Source of the DNA: Candidatus Woesearchaeota archaeon
GTDB taxonomy: Archaea > Nanobdellota > Nanobdellia > Woesearchaeales > ARS49
Direction of reading: 5' to 3'
Length of the DNA stretch: 64,000 nt
Assembly: GCA_019323015.1 (NCBI GenBank)
Contig: JAHWHY010000006.1
Coordinates: 1,008-65,007 of the forward strand
The notes below the pieces were generated by a model that saw nothing but the letters and a program-made list of their open reading frames with translations, was not told the origin of the DNA and searched no databases. Both the position numbers and the translations under genes were made by a program. Within the stretch, counting starts at the first letter, position 1. Each line of letters starts with the position of its first letter. Positions 26,174 through 35,119 of the stretch are shown here, in pieces.

Positions 26174-26535
26174 AATTGCTTTGTTTTGGGAATGAGTTTA
26201 TTGAAGAGGATTCTCTTGCCAAAGAGCTGGCAGATGAATTAAAGATCGAGGGTGTTGAATTCATTAAATGTGACTCTCTGAATGGCATTAAAGGGGATGT
26301 CATTGTACTTGATGTTGTAAAGGGTTTAGAAGAAGTTAAGTTAATCCCTTTGGATAAGGTTAAGGATTTTCATCCAGTCTCTATGCATGATTTTGACTTA
26401 GGCACTGAGTTGAAATTAAGAAAATCAATCGGCGAGATAAATAATGTCACAATCATTGGCATTCCTATGCAGGGTGACAAGGAAAATATAAAGCAGGGAA
26501 TCATAAAACTTATAAATGAGTTAAGAAAAAAATAA
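26170..26535 (+). CDS. hydrogenase maturation endopeptidase (HycI/HybD family)
   Basis: N-terminal GNEF...D metal-binding start and the conserved His in VSMHDFDLG; 121 aa. Confidence 0.65.
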   Translation: MKLLCFGNEFIEEDSLAKELADELKIEGVEFIKCDSLNGIKGDVIVLDVVKGLEEVKLIPLDKVKDFHPVSMHDFDLGTELKLRKSIGEINNVTIIGIPMQGDKENIKQGIIKLINELRKK

Positions 26536-26541
26536 TGTGGG

Positions 26542-27054
26542 GTGAATATTATGACTACTAAAGAAAATCTTCAGGAGGCTTTTGCAGGAGAAAGCCAGGC
26601 TAACAGGAAATACTTGTTTTTTGCAGATAAGGCTGAGATGGAGGGCAGAAAGCAGATTGCAAGGTTGTTTAGGGCTGCTGCTGCTTCTGAGACTGCTCAT
26701 GCAAGGAATCACTTGAATGTCTTGAAAGGCATTAAGACTACGGAGGATAACTTGGTTGATGCTTTTGAGGGCGAGAAGTATGAGTCTGAGAAGATGTATC
26801 CGAGATTTATCAAGGAAGCTGAAGAGGCAAGTGATAATGATGCAATAAGGACGTTTAAGTGGGCTATTGCTGCTGAAAAGATTCATGAGCGGGAATACGA
26901 GAAAGCATTGAAGGCAATTAAAGAGAAAAAGGATTTAGAGCCGACTAATTATCATGTCTGCGAGTGCTGCGGTTACACTATTGTGGGTGATGAGATTCCG
27001 GACATCTGCCCTGTTTGCAGTGCTCCTAAGGAGATGTTCAAGGAAATCAAATAA
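26542..27054 (+). CDS. rubrerythrin
   Basis: Di-iron ExxH motifs (ESQANRKYLFFADKAE...ASETAHARNH) plus a C-terminal rubredoxin-like CxxC...CxxC. Confidence 0.8.
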   Translation: MNIMTTKENLQEAFAGESQANRKYLFFADKAEMEGRKQIARLFRAAAASETAHARNHLNVLKGIKTTEDNLVDAFEGEKYESEKMYPRFIKEAEEASDNDAIRTFKWAIAAEKIHEREYEKALKAIKEKKDLEPTNYHVCECCGYTIVGDEIPDICPVCSAPKEMFKEIK

Positions 27055-27123
27055 CCCCACTCAATAATGACAACAAATTATTTTAAAGAAAACCGCTTTT
27101 TAGGAGTTGCATAGTGATTTTCT

Positions 27124-27217
27124 AAAAGCATTGATGGGAGAATTTAGACTGATGCGAGCGTTTGATCTTCGGATTAATTGTCTTGTTGAAGTTTAGACTT
27201 CGGACATCAATGCTTTT
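27124..27217. terminator. long-range inverted repeat in a convergent intergenic region (rubrerythrin / hydrogenase large subunit)
   Basis: AAAAGCATTGATG ...67 nt... CATCAATGCTTTT, with internal TTTAGACT(T/G)...CGG repeats. Read as a bidirectional terminator or structured RNA. Confidence 0.35.
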
Positions 27218-27221
27218 ATTA

Positions 27222-28496
27222 CTATTCCCAAATAATCTCCAGAAAGTGTGTTGCACAACTAATGCAGGGATCATATGCTCTTATCAGTTTCTCTATCTCT
27301 AATTGTATTTCTTCTTTTGGTTTGTCTAGTAATGAAGGCAAGAAGTTCTTTATGTCTTCTTCTAGGTTTGGGAGGTTTTGTGTAGTGGGTGTTGTTATGT
27401 TAATGAAGTTAGTAAAGCCTTTGTTGTCATATTTATACTTGTGAAATACAATTCCTCTTGGTGCTTCGTTTGCTCCTATGCCGGTTCCTGCTTTTGGCTT
27501 TATCTCAATAGGTTTTTCTGGCTTAAAGTCATTTCCTTCAATTAATTCTATTGCTTTCTTGAGTCCTTCATATATTTCTACTGCTTGTGCTGGGTTGTTC
27601 ATGAAGGGGTTGTGTTTTCTTGGGATTATGCATCTGCACATATCTTTTGATTCTTTTGATAATTGATTATAATTGTTCAGTATTCTTGACCATGCTCCTA
27701 CCATGTAGCTTCCTTCTTTTGTTTTTGCAAACTCTGCTGTTGAGCCTTGCTTAAAGAATTCCTTGAAATACTGTTCATAGTCTGTTACTGCTATGCATTC
27801 TTTGCCCCCGCTGCATGTTATCTGGTCTTCTGGGCAGAAAAAGCAGTTTTTCTTGGCCTTTAGTGCATAGTGTTTTGTTTCGCGTGTAAAGTCTGGGTAT
27901 TCCAGCCCGCAGAACAGGTGTGCTGTTTTTTCTGCGTCTGCAAGGCTTGCTTTTGCGCTTTTTAGCAGGCTTTTGAATTCTTCTGGTTTTGGTATTGCTA
28001 CAAAACCGCCGGGCGTTAAAGTAAAAGGGTGGATGTCTCTTCCTCCTATCACTCTTACTATGTCATTGGCTGTTTGTTTTATTTTTAGTGCTGTTTTTAC
28101 CTTATCTGGATGTTTTTGTGCCATCTGCACTGCGTTTGGAAAACCGACATAATCTGGCAGTGTCAAGAAATAAAGATGCAGGACATGGCTCTGTATTGTT
28201 CCGCCGATGTTGAGTATCTCTCTTAATAGTTCTGTTTGTTCAGTTACTTGCACGCCCATTGCTTTTTCAGTTGCTTTTACAGAAGTCAGGCCATGAACCG
28301 GGGAGCATATTCCGCAGATACGGGAAGCAATATGATTTACGTCATTGTATTTTTTGTCTTTTAGTAAGCCTTCAAAGTATCTTGAGCCCTCAAATATGCT
28401 TAAGTCTACTTTTTTGATTTCTCCTTTGTCTACCTTGATGTGGAGTTTTGCATGTCCTTCTATTTTTGTTATGTGGTTAAGGTTTATTTTTGCCAT
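27222..28496 (-). CDS. [NiFe] hydrogenase large subunit (group 3-like, 424 aa)
   Basis: N-terminal L1 motif RICGICSPVH and C-terminal L2 motif DPCISCATH. Confidence 0.8.
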   Translation of the reverse strand: MAKINLNHITKIEGHAKLHIKVDKGEIKKVDLSIFEGSRYFEGLLKDKKYNDVNHIASRICGICSPVHGLTSVKATEKAMGVQVTEQTELLREILNIGGTIQSHVLHLYFLTLPDYVGFPNAVQMAQKHPDKVKTALKIKQTANDIVRVIGGRDIHPFTLTPGGFVAIPKPEEFKSLLKSAKASLADAEKTAHLFCGLEYPDFTRETKHYALKAKKNCFFCPEDQITCSGGKECIAVTDYEQYFKEFFKQGSTAEFAKTKEGSYMVGAWSRILNNYNQLSKESKDMCRCIIPRKHNPFMNNPAQAVEIYEGLKKAIELIEGNDFKPEKPIEIKPKAGTGIGANEAPRGIVFHKYKYDNKGFTNFINITTPTTQNLPNLEEDIKNFLPSLLDKPKEEIQLEIEKLIRAYDPCISCATHFLEIIWE

Positions 28497-29232
28497 TTTT
28501 TTCTATGTTTTGGAACATGTTCAGTCTTTCCATTATTTCTTTTTCATCAAGACCAAATGATTTAAACAGTTTTATTTCAGCTTCATAGTCTGTTTTTGGT
28601 CTTGGTCCTCTGCATCCCATGCATTCAAAGTTTGCTTTTGTGCATATTGCGTCGCATCCTCCGTGTGTTACTGGTCCTAAACAGATTTTTTTCTGTCTTA
28701 AGAAGCATTCTGGTGTGCCTTGTCTTGGGCATTGTGCGCATACAGGGCCTTCAAATTCTTTCATTATTTTGCCTTTCAGGAATTGGTTAAGGAAATTCAT
28801 GAATTCTTCTTTTATGATTGGGCAGCCGTACATGTAATAGTCTACTTTTACATATTCTCCTATTCCTGCTGCTGGTATTGAGTCTTTGAGCATTCTTTGG
28901 TTGTAGACGTATTTCTCAAGCTCTTTGTTTTCCACAAAGTTTCGCATTGCTGGTACTCCTCCGTGGCACGCGCATGCCCCTAGTGCAACAAGAGTCTTGC
29001 TTTTCTTTCGTATTTCTTTTAGTTTCTGTACTTCTTTTTTTGTGGTTATTGCTCCTTCTACAAACATCAGGTCAAATTTTGCTTTTCTGTTCTTTTCTTT
29101 CAGAAGATGGAAGTATTGGACATCAAACTTCTTGAAGATGTCCATTAGTTTCTCAATGAAAAGTATTGTGAACTGGCATCCCTGGTCGCATGTAAATGAT
29201 ACAATGCCTAGTACTGGCTTTTTGTCACCCAT
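28477..29232 (-). CDS. [NiFe] hydrogenase small subunit (group 3 delta-like, 251 aa)
   Basis: FTCDQGCQ and GACACHGG Fe-S cysteine motifs plus C-terminal CxxC clusters. 20-nt overlap with the large subunit gene. Confidence 0.75.
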   Translation of the reverse strand: MGDKKPVLGIVSFTCDQGCQFTILFIEKLMDIFKKFDVQYFHLLKEKNRKAKFDLMFVEGAITTKKEVQKLKEIRKKSKTLVALGACACHGGVPAMRNFVENKELEKYVYNQRMLKDSIPAAGIGEYVKVDYYMYGCPIIKEEFMNFLNQFLKGKIMKEFEGPVCAQCPRQGTPECFLRQKKICLGPVTHGGCDAICTKANFECMGCRGPRPKTDYEAEIKLFKSFGLDEKEIMERLNMFQNIEKNGKNKP

Positions 29233-29276
29233 TTTAATTAAGAAAAAAGAAAAAGAGTATATTAACTTTTTGATTG
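29229..29276. repeat. 47-bp direct repeat copy 1 (promoter/5'UTR, ending in the start codon of 28477-29232)
   Basis: CCCATTTTAaTTAAGAAAAAAGAAAAAGAGTATATTAACTTTTTGATT, identical except 1 nt to 30350-30397. Confidence 0.8.
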
Positions 29277-29281
29277 TTCAG

Positions 29282-29396
29282 CGCCGGAGGCGGGAGTTTC
29301 ATCACTCCCACCTAAGTGAATTTGAACCCGCAAGATGCAGGGTTTGCATCACCTGATCCTAAGTCAGGCTCCTTACCTGATTCGGACCACTCCGGC
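29282..29396 (-). tRNA. tRNA-Leu (anticodon TAG), type II, with a ~25-nt T-loop/T-stem intron
   Basis: Reverse complement GCCGGAG TG GTCCGAATCAGGTAAGGAG CCTGA cuTAGga TCAGG TGATGCAAACCCTGCATCT TGCGGG TTCAAAT[TCACTTAGGTGGGAGTGATGAAACT]CCCGC CTCCGGC G. Confidence 0.7.
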
Positions 29397-29445
29397 TTTG
29401 CTGAAATTCCACAAAGCTTATATACTTCGTGAACATAATTGTTTA

Positions 29446-29497
29446 TGCAGGGTTAACATCACCTGGTCTAAGTCTGGCGCCTTGCCAGATTCGGCCA
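29446..29497 (-). pseudogene. degenerate partial tRNA-Leu-like copy (D-loop to variable-arm region only)
   Basis: CCGAATCTGGCAAGGCGCCAGACTTAGACCAGGTGATGTTAACCCTGCA aligns to the intact tRNA-Leu segment CCGAATCAGGTAAGGAGCCTGACTTAGGATCAGGTGATGCAAACCCTGCA. It lacks an acceptor and T-arm, and its anticodon stem is no longer complementary. Confidence 0.5.
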
Positions 29498-29611
29498 TTT
29501 CTTTTTTTTATACTGATTTTATTCTTTATATGTTTTCATAAGAAAAAGCAGTAATATTTTCAAAAGAATCAGAAGATTTTTTGAAGAAGAAATTATATTT
29601 GCGGTTTTGAT

Positions 29612-30352
29612 TTAATTATATGTATTTTCTTTAGAAATCCTGTAATAATCATATTTGATGCTGCAATTTGTGAAGTTTTTTGCAATCTGGTTCATTCCTT
29701 CTGAATCAAGGTCTTCTGCTTCTGCAGGCCTTATGTTATCTGCTGTTATTTTTAGTGTATTGCCTTCTTTTTTAATATCAAGGGTCCAGGCATGCATTTT
29801 GTGTGCAGAGAATGAGTTGCAAGCCAGGAAAGGGTACTTTTCAACAGCAATTCCTTCAGTTGTGTATGGCTCCACTTCCAGTGACCAAATATATCCTCTG
29901 AAATTGCCTCCTGCTCCAGTATGCTTTATAGAATATGTGTAGGTGTGGTTGATATGTTTCCAAAAGTATATGCTTTTGTCTATATTTTCGCAGATTTTTT
30001 TGTCTTTGAACAGTTTTGTCTTAAGAATTGCTTCTGTTATGATGCTTGGCGGCAGGTCTTTGAACAATACTTCATTAAAGCATCCTTGTTTGAATTCTTT
30101 TTCAAGTTTTTCTGTTTCTTTTTTAGAAAAGCCCAATTCATTTAGAACAGCATAAGGCTCATCAAATAATTTTTTCCCTGTAGAATCATAGCATTTTGTG
30201 TGTGTCTTGCCATCCCAAGTATTAAAAGCAGAGTTGCAGGCGAAAATTGCTTCTTTAATCCCTTCATATTCGCTCTCTTGCTGTTCTTTGGCAGTGCATC
30301 CTGCCAGTACTGCTGCTAAGCATATGAATAATATTAAATATCTTGCCCCCAT
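29612..30352 (-). CDS. secreted lipoprotein, hypothetical (246 aa)
   Basis: Signal peptide plus LAGC lipobox; preceded by the 47-bp repeat copy 2. Confidence 0.6.
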   Translation of the reverse strand: MGARYLILFICLAAVLAGCTAKEQQESEYEGIKEAIFACNSAFNTWDGKTHTKCYDSTGKKLFDEPYAVLNELGFSKKETEKLEKEFKQGCFNEVLFKDLPPSIITEAILKTKLFKDKKICENIDKSIYFWKHINHTYTYSIKHTGAGGNFRGYIWSLEVEPYTTEGIAVEKYPFLACNSFSAHKMHAWTLDIKKEGNTLKITADNIRPAEAEDLDSEGMNQIAKNFTNCSIKYDYYRISKENTYN

Positions 30353-30397
30353 TTTACTTAAGAAAAAAGAAAAAGAGTATATTAACTTTTTGATTTG
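30350..30397. repeat. 47-bp direct repeat copy 2 (promoter/5'UTR, ending in the start codon of 29612-30352)
   Basis: CCCATTTTAcTTAAGAAAAAAGAAAAAGAGTATATTAACTTTTTGATT. Confidence 0.8.
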
Positions 30398-30609
30398 CTT
30401 CTTCCTATCAGGTATCCAACCAGCATGAATATCAGCACAACTATTGCATAGGATATTATCAGTGATGCAAGAGGCATTTCAGGCAGTCCCAGCATTGCCA
30501 TTGAATATCCCATTATATATCCTATTCCATAGTTGATGTAATATGCCAGAAATAATACTGCAACAAACAATATTCCAAATATTAATCCGTATTTTGTGTA
30601 TTTGTTCAT
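30382..30609 (-). CDS. small 2-TM membrane protein
   Basis: Start re-called at MNKYTKYG, 1 nt downstream of the gltB-like gene stop. Confidence 0.4.
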   Translation of the reverse strand: MNKYTKYGLIFGILFVAVLFLAYYINYGIGYIMGYSMAMLGLPEMPLASLIISYAIVVLIFMLVGYLIGRSKSKS

Positions 30610-30610
30610 T

Positions 30611-31912
30611 TCATAACACGTCCTTCGGTTCTGTCGTAATTCCAAACAGGTTCTTTGCCTCTTTTGATAATGCAAATAAGGATTTTCTTTTCCCTACTAT
30701 TTTTGAGGCAGTGTCTACTTTTTGTGTTACTGCTGCCATTCTCAGCTCTTCGCCTAATGCTGCGCAGAAATTCTCTATGCCGTTTTCTTGTTTTGCGGCT
30801 ATTAAGAATGGCCTTCCCATTGCTACTCCGTCTGCTCCTAGCATCATTGCTTTTGCAACATCAAAGCCTGTTGAATAACCGCCTGCCAGTATTATGTCAA
30901 AGCTTGGTCTTTTCTTCAAGACAGCGAATAATGCTCCTGAAGGCATGTTCATTTCATTCATGACTAGCCATGGGCTCATTCCTGTTCCGCCTCCAAAGCC
31001 GTCTACTGTGAGTATTTCTATTGGAAGGTCTTCCTCTTTCTTGATTTTATCTAATTCCTCAATTAATTTAATTATGCCGATTCCCATTCCTGTTTTTACC
31101 CATAGCGGCTTGCCATAGCTTGCATATTCTTTTAGTGTTTCTCTTAGTGATTCTGAAGTTAAGGTTCCTGGGAATGCGTGTCTTTCATATTTGCCATTGC
31201 CTTTGTCTATCACTAAATACCCTGCTTTTTTGAATTTTTCAGCCATCTCTTCTCCTTCAAACTGTATCTCTCCGCCTAATCCTTGTTTTGCTCCTTGTCC
31301 TAGCTTGAATTCTATTGCATCTGCGCCCCATTCTGCAGCCAGTTTAGCTAATCCTAATTTGTGCTCGTTTGCATTTACCTGTATGACGATTGCGCCATAG
31401 TCTTCTTTCTGGTTTTTCTTGTAGATGTCTATTGTGTGCTTTAGTTTTTCCTCCCCAAAGGTTATCAAGTAATTCTCTCCTAAGACTCTTGCTATTCCTG
31501 CTTTTGCAGCTCCGATTGTCAATTCATCATTCTTGTCAGATGCTACTTTTGTTGAGCCCATTCCTGCAATAACTAATGGAACAGTGCACTTGAAGCCCCC
31601 TAGTTTTGATTCTGAGCTTGTTTTTGTGAAGAATAATCCTTCGCCATATAGTTCTGGCATTATCTGGAGGTCTTCCATGTTTGGTATTCTTTTTTCTGCG
31701 CCAAATTGTGTTGTGCCAAATGGCCCTGGAAATAATGTTCTTCCTGTCTTTGCCTTTTTACCCACTTCGCACATCCCGCACATTATGCAGTTTGAGCATA
31801 GCCCGCTCATTGCAGCGTGGTCTGGAGCATATAGTTTAGTGCCGGTTATCATGCATGCGTTCTTGTGGAATCGCATGCCTTCTAGAGTTGCATGTTCTTT
31901 TTTGTCTGTCAT
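30611..31912 (-). CDS. FMN-binding glutamate-synthase-domain family protein (GltB domain 2-like, archaeal type)
   Basis: N-terminal Cys cluster CSNCIMCGMC, then a TIM-barrel FMN region with GGTGMSP / AGGYSTGFDVAKA / GADGVAMGRPF motifs. Confidence 0.65.
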   Translation of the reverse strand: MTDKKEHATLEGMRFHKNACMITGTKLYAPDHAAMSGLCSNCIMCGMCEVGKKAKTGRTLFPGPFGTTQFGAEKRIPNMEDLQIMPELYGEGLFFTKTSSESKLGGFKCTVPLVIAGMGSTKVASDKNDELTIGAAKAGIARVLGENYLITFGEEKLKHTIDIYKKNQKEDYGAIVIQVNANEHKLGLAKLAAEWGADAIEFKLGQGAKQGLGGEIQFEGEEMAEKFKKAGYLVIDKGNGKYERHAFPGTLTSESLRETLKEYASYGKPLWVKTGMGIGIIKLIEELDKIKKEEDLPIEILTVDGFGGGTGMSPWLVMNEMNMPSGALFAVLKKRPSFDIILAGGYSTGFDVAKAMMLGADGVAMGRPFLIAAKQENGIENFCAALGEELRMAAVTQKVDTASKIVGKRKSLFALSKEAKNLFGITTEPKDVL

Positions 31913-31960
31913 TGTAAGAAAAAGGGTTGTTGCTTGCTTTATTAATTTTGTGGTATTGTA

Positions 31961-32767
31961 TTATTCTATCTCAAATATCTCTTGCCATAATGCGATATGC
32001 ACTGGCAGGGTTCTTCTTATATTTGCAATTAAATCTGTTGTTCTTGTGTATTTTGGCTCAAATATTTGGTAAGATTCAAGAAATGCTGCGCAGTCTGGGA
32101 TGTGGTTTCCGCCTACCAAGTGTAGTATCCTGTCTTGTCGCAGCCCATATATTAATTTGTAGAATCCATATGCATATGCTCCATATCTTATTAAGATGGG
32201 GATGTTAATGACTGGCGCGCCTGGTATCTGGATGAATTTATTTTCTGCTGCACGAATTTCTGCTTCATGGGATTTTACAAAATTCTGCGTAGAAACATTT
32301 GACCTGTAGTCTCCTATGTATGCTGTTATTTTTATGCCAAAGTCAATGGCGCGTTCTATTACATAGATTAATCTTAAGGTGTACATTTTGCCTGGTGTTA
32401 ATGTGCTTTTTCTGGAGAAATCAACCTCTACTGTGAGTTCAAACAGTTTTTTTCTGAGATTCAATAAGGCATTTGATTGTGCAGAGTTTTGTTTTTGCAG
32501 TAATTCATTTGTTTTTTCATAAAAGTCAACAATATCTCTAAAACTTAATTTGTTTTTTTCAGCAACATAATCTAATTTAGGAAATTTTTCATATATTGCG
32601 CAGTATTCATTGAATAATTCAAATTCCTTGCTCCATTCAGGAGAACTTTCAGAGATAAGTGCAATGCTTTTTGCGCTGTTAAAATCCCCCATTTCAAGAA
32701 TGTATGGGTCATCGTGTATGTCAGGAATAAATACAACTGGCTTGTTGATGCGTTTTATTGCCATCAC
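31961..32767 (-). CDS. hypothetical protein
   Basis: 268-aa ORF with no recognised motif. Confidence 0.4.
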   Translation of the reverse strand: MMAIKRINKPVVFIPDIHDDPYILEMGDFNSAKSIALISESSPEWSKEFELFNEYCAIYEKFPKLDYVAEKNKLSFRDIVDFYEKTNELLQKQNSAQSNALLNLRKKLFELTVEVDFSRKSTLTPGKMYTLRLIYVIERAIDFGIKITAYIGDYRSNVSTQNFVKSHEAEIRAAENKFIQIPGAPVINIPILIRYGAYAYGFYKLIYGLRQDRILHLVGGNHIPDCAAFLESYQIFEPKYTRTTDLIANIRRTLPVHIALWQEIFEIE

Positions 32768-32840
32768 TCTCTTTAAAAATATTGTTTATATTAAACTTTC
32801 TATAGCAAAGTTTATAAGTGCATTTGTCTGCGAACAGCAT

Positions 32841-33113
32841 ATGATAACCTTCCTGGGAGTTATAGGAATGGCCTTGATTCTTCTAGCTTTTTTCATGAAT
32901 CAGACTCATAGATGGAAAGATGATGACTTAATATATGATATTACTAATCTTGCAGGCGGTGTTTTACTGGTTGTGTATGCTGTTTACTTGAATAGCTGGC
33001 CTTTTTTCATACTTAATTGTGTCTGGGTGGTTGTTTCTGCAAGGGATGTTTATCTTGATTTAAGGAAAGTAAAGAAAACAAAGAAGAGCCATCTTTGGCA
33101 TACAAAAAAGTAA
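32841..33113 (+). CDS. small membrane protein (3 TM)
   Basis: Start re-called at MITFLGVIGMALILLAFF. Confidence 0.4.
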   Translation: MITFLGVIGMALILLAFFMNQTHRWKDDDLIYDITNLAGGVLLVVYAVYLNSWPFFILNCVWVVVSARDVYLDLRKVKKTKKSHLWHTKK

Positions 33114-33114
33114 A

Positions 33115-33375
33115 ATGGCTAAAAAGAAAGTCAAGAAAAAAGCAAAGGTGATTGTTTACTCTACTCCTACCTGTCCTTGGTGCAGGAAAGCAAAAGAGTT
33201 TTTGAAAGAGAAAAAGATTGCTTTCAAGGATTATGATGTTAGTGTTGATGATAATGCAAGGGATGAGATGATCAAGAAGTCAGACCAGATGGGTGTTCCT
33301 GTTTTGGATATCAATGGAATAATTATTGTTGGTTATGATGAAGATGCAATAAAAGCTGCATTAAAGAAGAACTGA
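33115..33375 (+). CDS. glutaredoxin-like protein
   Basis: CPWC active site in a thioredoxin-fold context (VIVYSTPTCPWCRKAKEFL); 86 aa. Confidence 0.75.
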   Translation: MAKKKVKKKAKVIVYSTPTCPWCRKAKEFLKEKKIAFKDYDVSVDDNARDEMIKKSDQMGVPVLDINGIIIVGYDEDAIKAALKKN

Positions 33376-33401
33376 CCGCAAGAATTATATATGTGTAGCT
33401 T

Positions 33402-34592
33402 GTGTTTAATATTGAAAAGAGGTGTTTTATGGTTGAGATTTCAGAGAGGGGGCAGGAGCTTCCTGACTTGGAGATTGAAAAACTGATAGAGATTGCTGTA
33501 GAGCATCCTGAGATTATTTCTTTAGGTCCTGGTGAGCCTGATTTTGACTTGCATCAGGATTTGGTGAAGCACACAAAAAAGGTTGCGCATTTAGTGAATC
33601 ATTATGCTCCTGCAGGTGGATTAAAAGAGCTAAGAGAGGCGCTTGCAAAAAAATTAAGAAAAGACAATAAGATAAAGACAGATCCAGACAATATTGTTGT
33701 TACCTGTGGAAGCCAGGATGCTTTGGTTCTTGGTGCTGCATGCTGTCTTGATGTTTCTGAGCAGATTATTCTTCCTAATCCTGGTTACATGGCTTTTCTT
33801 TCAACTTTTGAGTTGTTTAATGCTAATCCTAGGTTTGTTGAATTAAAGGAAGAAGATGATTATGCGATGAATCCTGATTTGATTAAGAAAGCGATTGACA
33901 AGAAAAAGACAAAAGTTTTGCTGATTAATTCTCCTTCAAACCCGACAGGCAATGTCATGACAAAGAAGATTTTAGAGGAGGTTGCTGATATTGTTGTTGA
34001 TAATGACTTGTATGTTTTTTCAGATGAAGCTTATGAAAAGATTTTGTTTGATGATGCAAAGCATTACTCTATTGGTTCTTTCAATGGCATGAAGGATTAT
34101 GCAGTTACTTTTCAGACTTTTTCAAAGAGTTTTGCTATGTGCGGCCACAGGCTTGGCTATGTTGCAGCTCCGCCTGAGCTTGCAGAGGCAATTAAAAAGA
34201 CTCATGTTCTTACGACTGTTTGCGCGCCTACTATCTCTCAGTTGATTGGCATCAAGGCTTTGAAGATGGGTGAAAAGCATGCAAAGCAGATGGTAAAAGA
34301 GTATACAAGGAGAAGAAAATTGATTGTTCCTCGCTTGAATGAGATGGGCATAAGTTGTCCTATGCCTAAGGGCGCGTTTTATGCTTTTGGTAATATTCAG
34401 TATTATGACAAGAGCAGCAAGAGGTTTGTCTTGAATATGATTAAGAAGGCAAAGGTTGCTGCTGTTCCTGGAATTGATTTTGGCACTGCAGGAGAAGGTC
34501 ATGTGCGGTTTTCTTTTGCTACAGATTATAAATTAATACAAAAAGCACTTGATAGGATGGAGCCATGGCTAAAAAAATACAAGAAGAGATGA
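33402..34592 (+). CDS. class I/II (aspartate-type) aminotransferase, PLP-dependent
   Basis: NPSNPTGN motif and SFSKSFAMCGHRLGY (PLP lysine region). Confidence 0.8.
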   Translation: MFNIEKRCFMVEISERGQELPDLEIEKLIEIAVEHPEIISLGPGEPDFDLHQDLVKHTKKVAHLVNHYAPAGGLKELREALAKKLRKDNKIKTDPDNIVVTCGSQDALVLGAACCLDVSEQIILPNPGYMAFLSTFELFNANPRFVELKEEDDYAMNPDLIKKAIDKKKTKVLLINSPSNPTGNVMTKKILEEVADIVVDNDLYVFSDEAYEKILFDDAKHYSIGSFNGMKDYAVTFQTFSKSFAMCGHRLGYVAAPPELAEAIKKTHVLTTVCAPTISQLIGIKALKMGEKHAKQMVKEYTRRRKLIVPRLNEMGISCPMPKGAFYAFGNIQYYDKSSKRFVLNMIKKAKVAAVPGIDFGTAGEGHVRFSFATDYKLIQKALDRMEPWLKKYKKR

Positions 34593-35119
34593 TTGCAGTA
34601 AGGCTGCATGGAAGAGGCGGTCAGGGTGTTAAGAAAGCTGCCCAGATTTTAGCTAGGGCTGCGTATCTTGCAGGTTATTATACTCAGGATTTTGCCTTGT
34701 ATGGTGCAGAACGTAGAGGTGCTCCTGTCACTAGTTTTGTTAGGCTTAGCAAGAAGCCTATAAATACAAGGGGTTATGTCTGGAATCCTGATTTCATCAT
34801 TGTTCTTGATGATACTCTGGAGTTGTCCTGTCACATGCAGGGAAGAAAAAAGACTACAAAGGAATTGATTAATACTGAAAAAGATTTGAAAATAAAGGTT
34901 GATTACTGCAGGGTTGATGCTACTGGTGTTGCTGTTCAGGTGCTTGGCAAGAACATTCCGAATATTGCTTTATTAGGTGCTTTTGTGAAGATTTTTGAGC
35001 CTATTACTTTGGAGCATCTTGCAAAGGCTGTTGAGATTGAATTAGGCAAGAGGCATCCAGAGGCTGTGAAGAAAAACATGCAGGCTGCAAAGATTTGTTA
35101 TGAAAAGGTGGTATGTTGA
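34589..35119 (+). CDS. porG: pyruvate/2-oxoacid:ferredoxin oxidoreductase gamma subunit
   Basis: RLHGRGGQGV motif. Start could alternatively be at 34565. Confidence 0.8.
   Translation: MIAVRLHGRGGQGVKKAAQILARAAYLAGYYTQDFALYGAERRGAPVTSFVRLSKKPINTRGYVWNPDFIIVLDDTLELSCHMQGRKKTTKELINTEKDLKIKVDYCRVDATGVAVQVLGKNIPNIALLGAFVKIFEPITLEHLAKAVEIELGKRHPEAVKKNMQAAKICYEKVVC

Noticed and set aside
29229-30397. The 47-bp direct repeats as termini of a MITE or IS
   Set aside because: Each copy ends exactly at a start codon and contains a TATA-like box. There are no terminal inverted repeats and no transposase. Read as a duplicated promoter/5'UTR instead, with copy number still to be checked.
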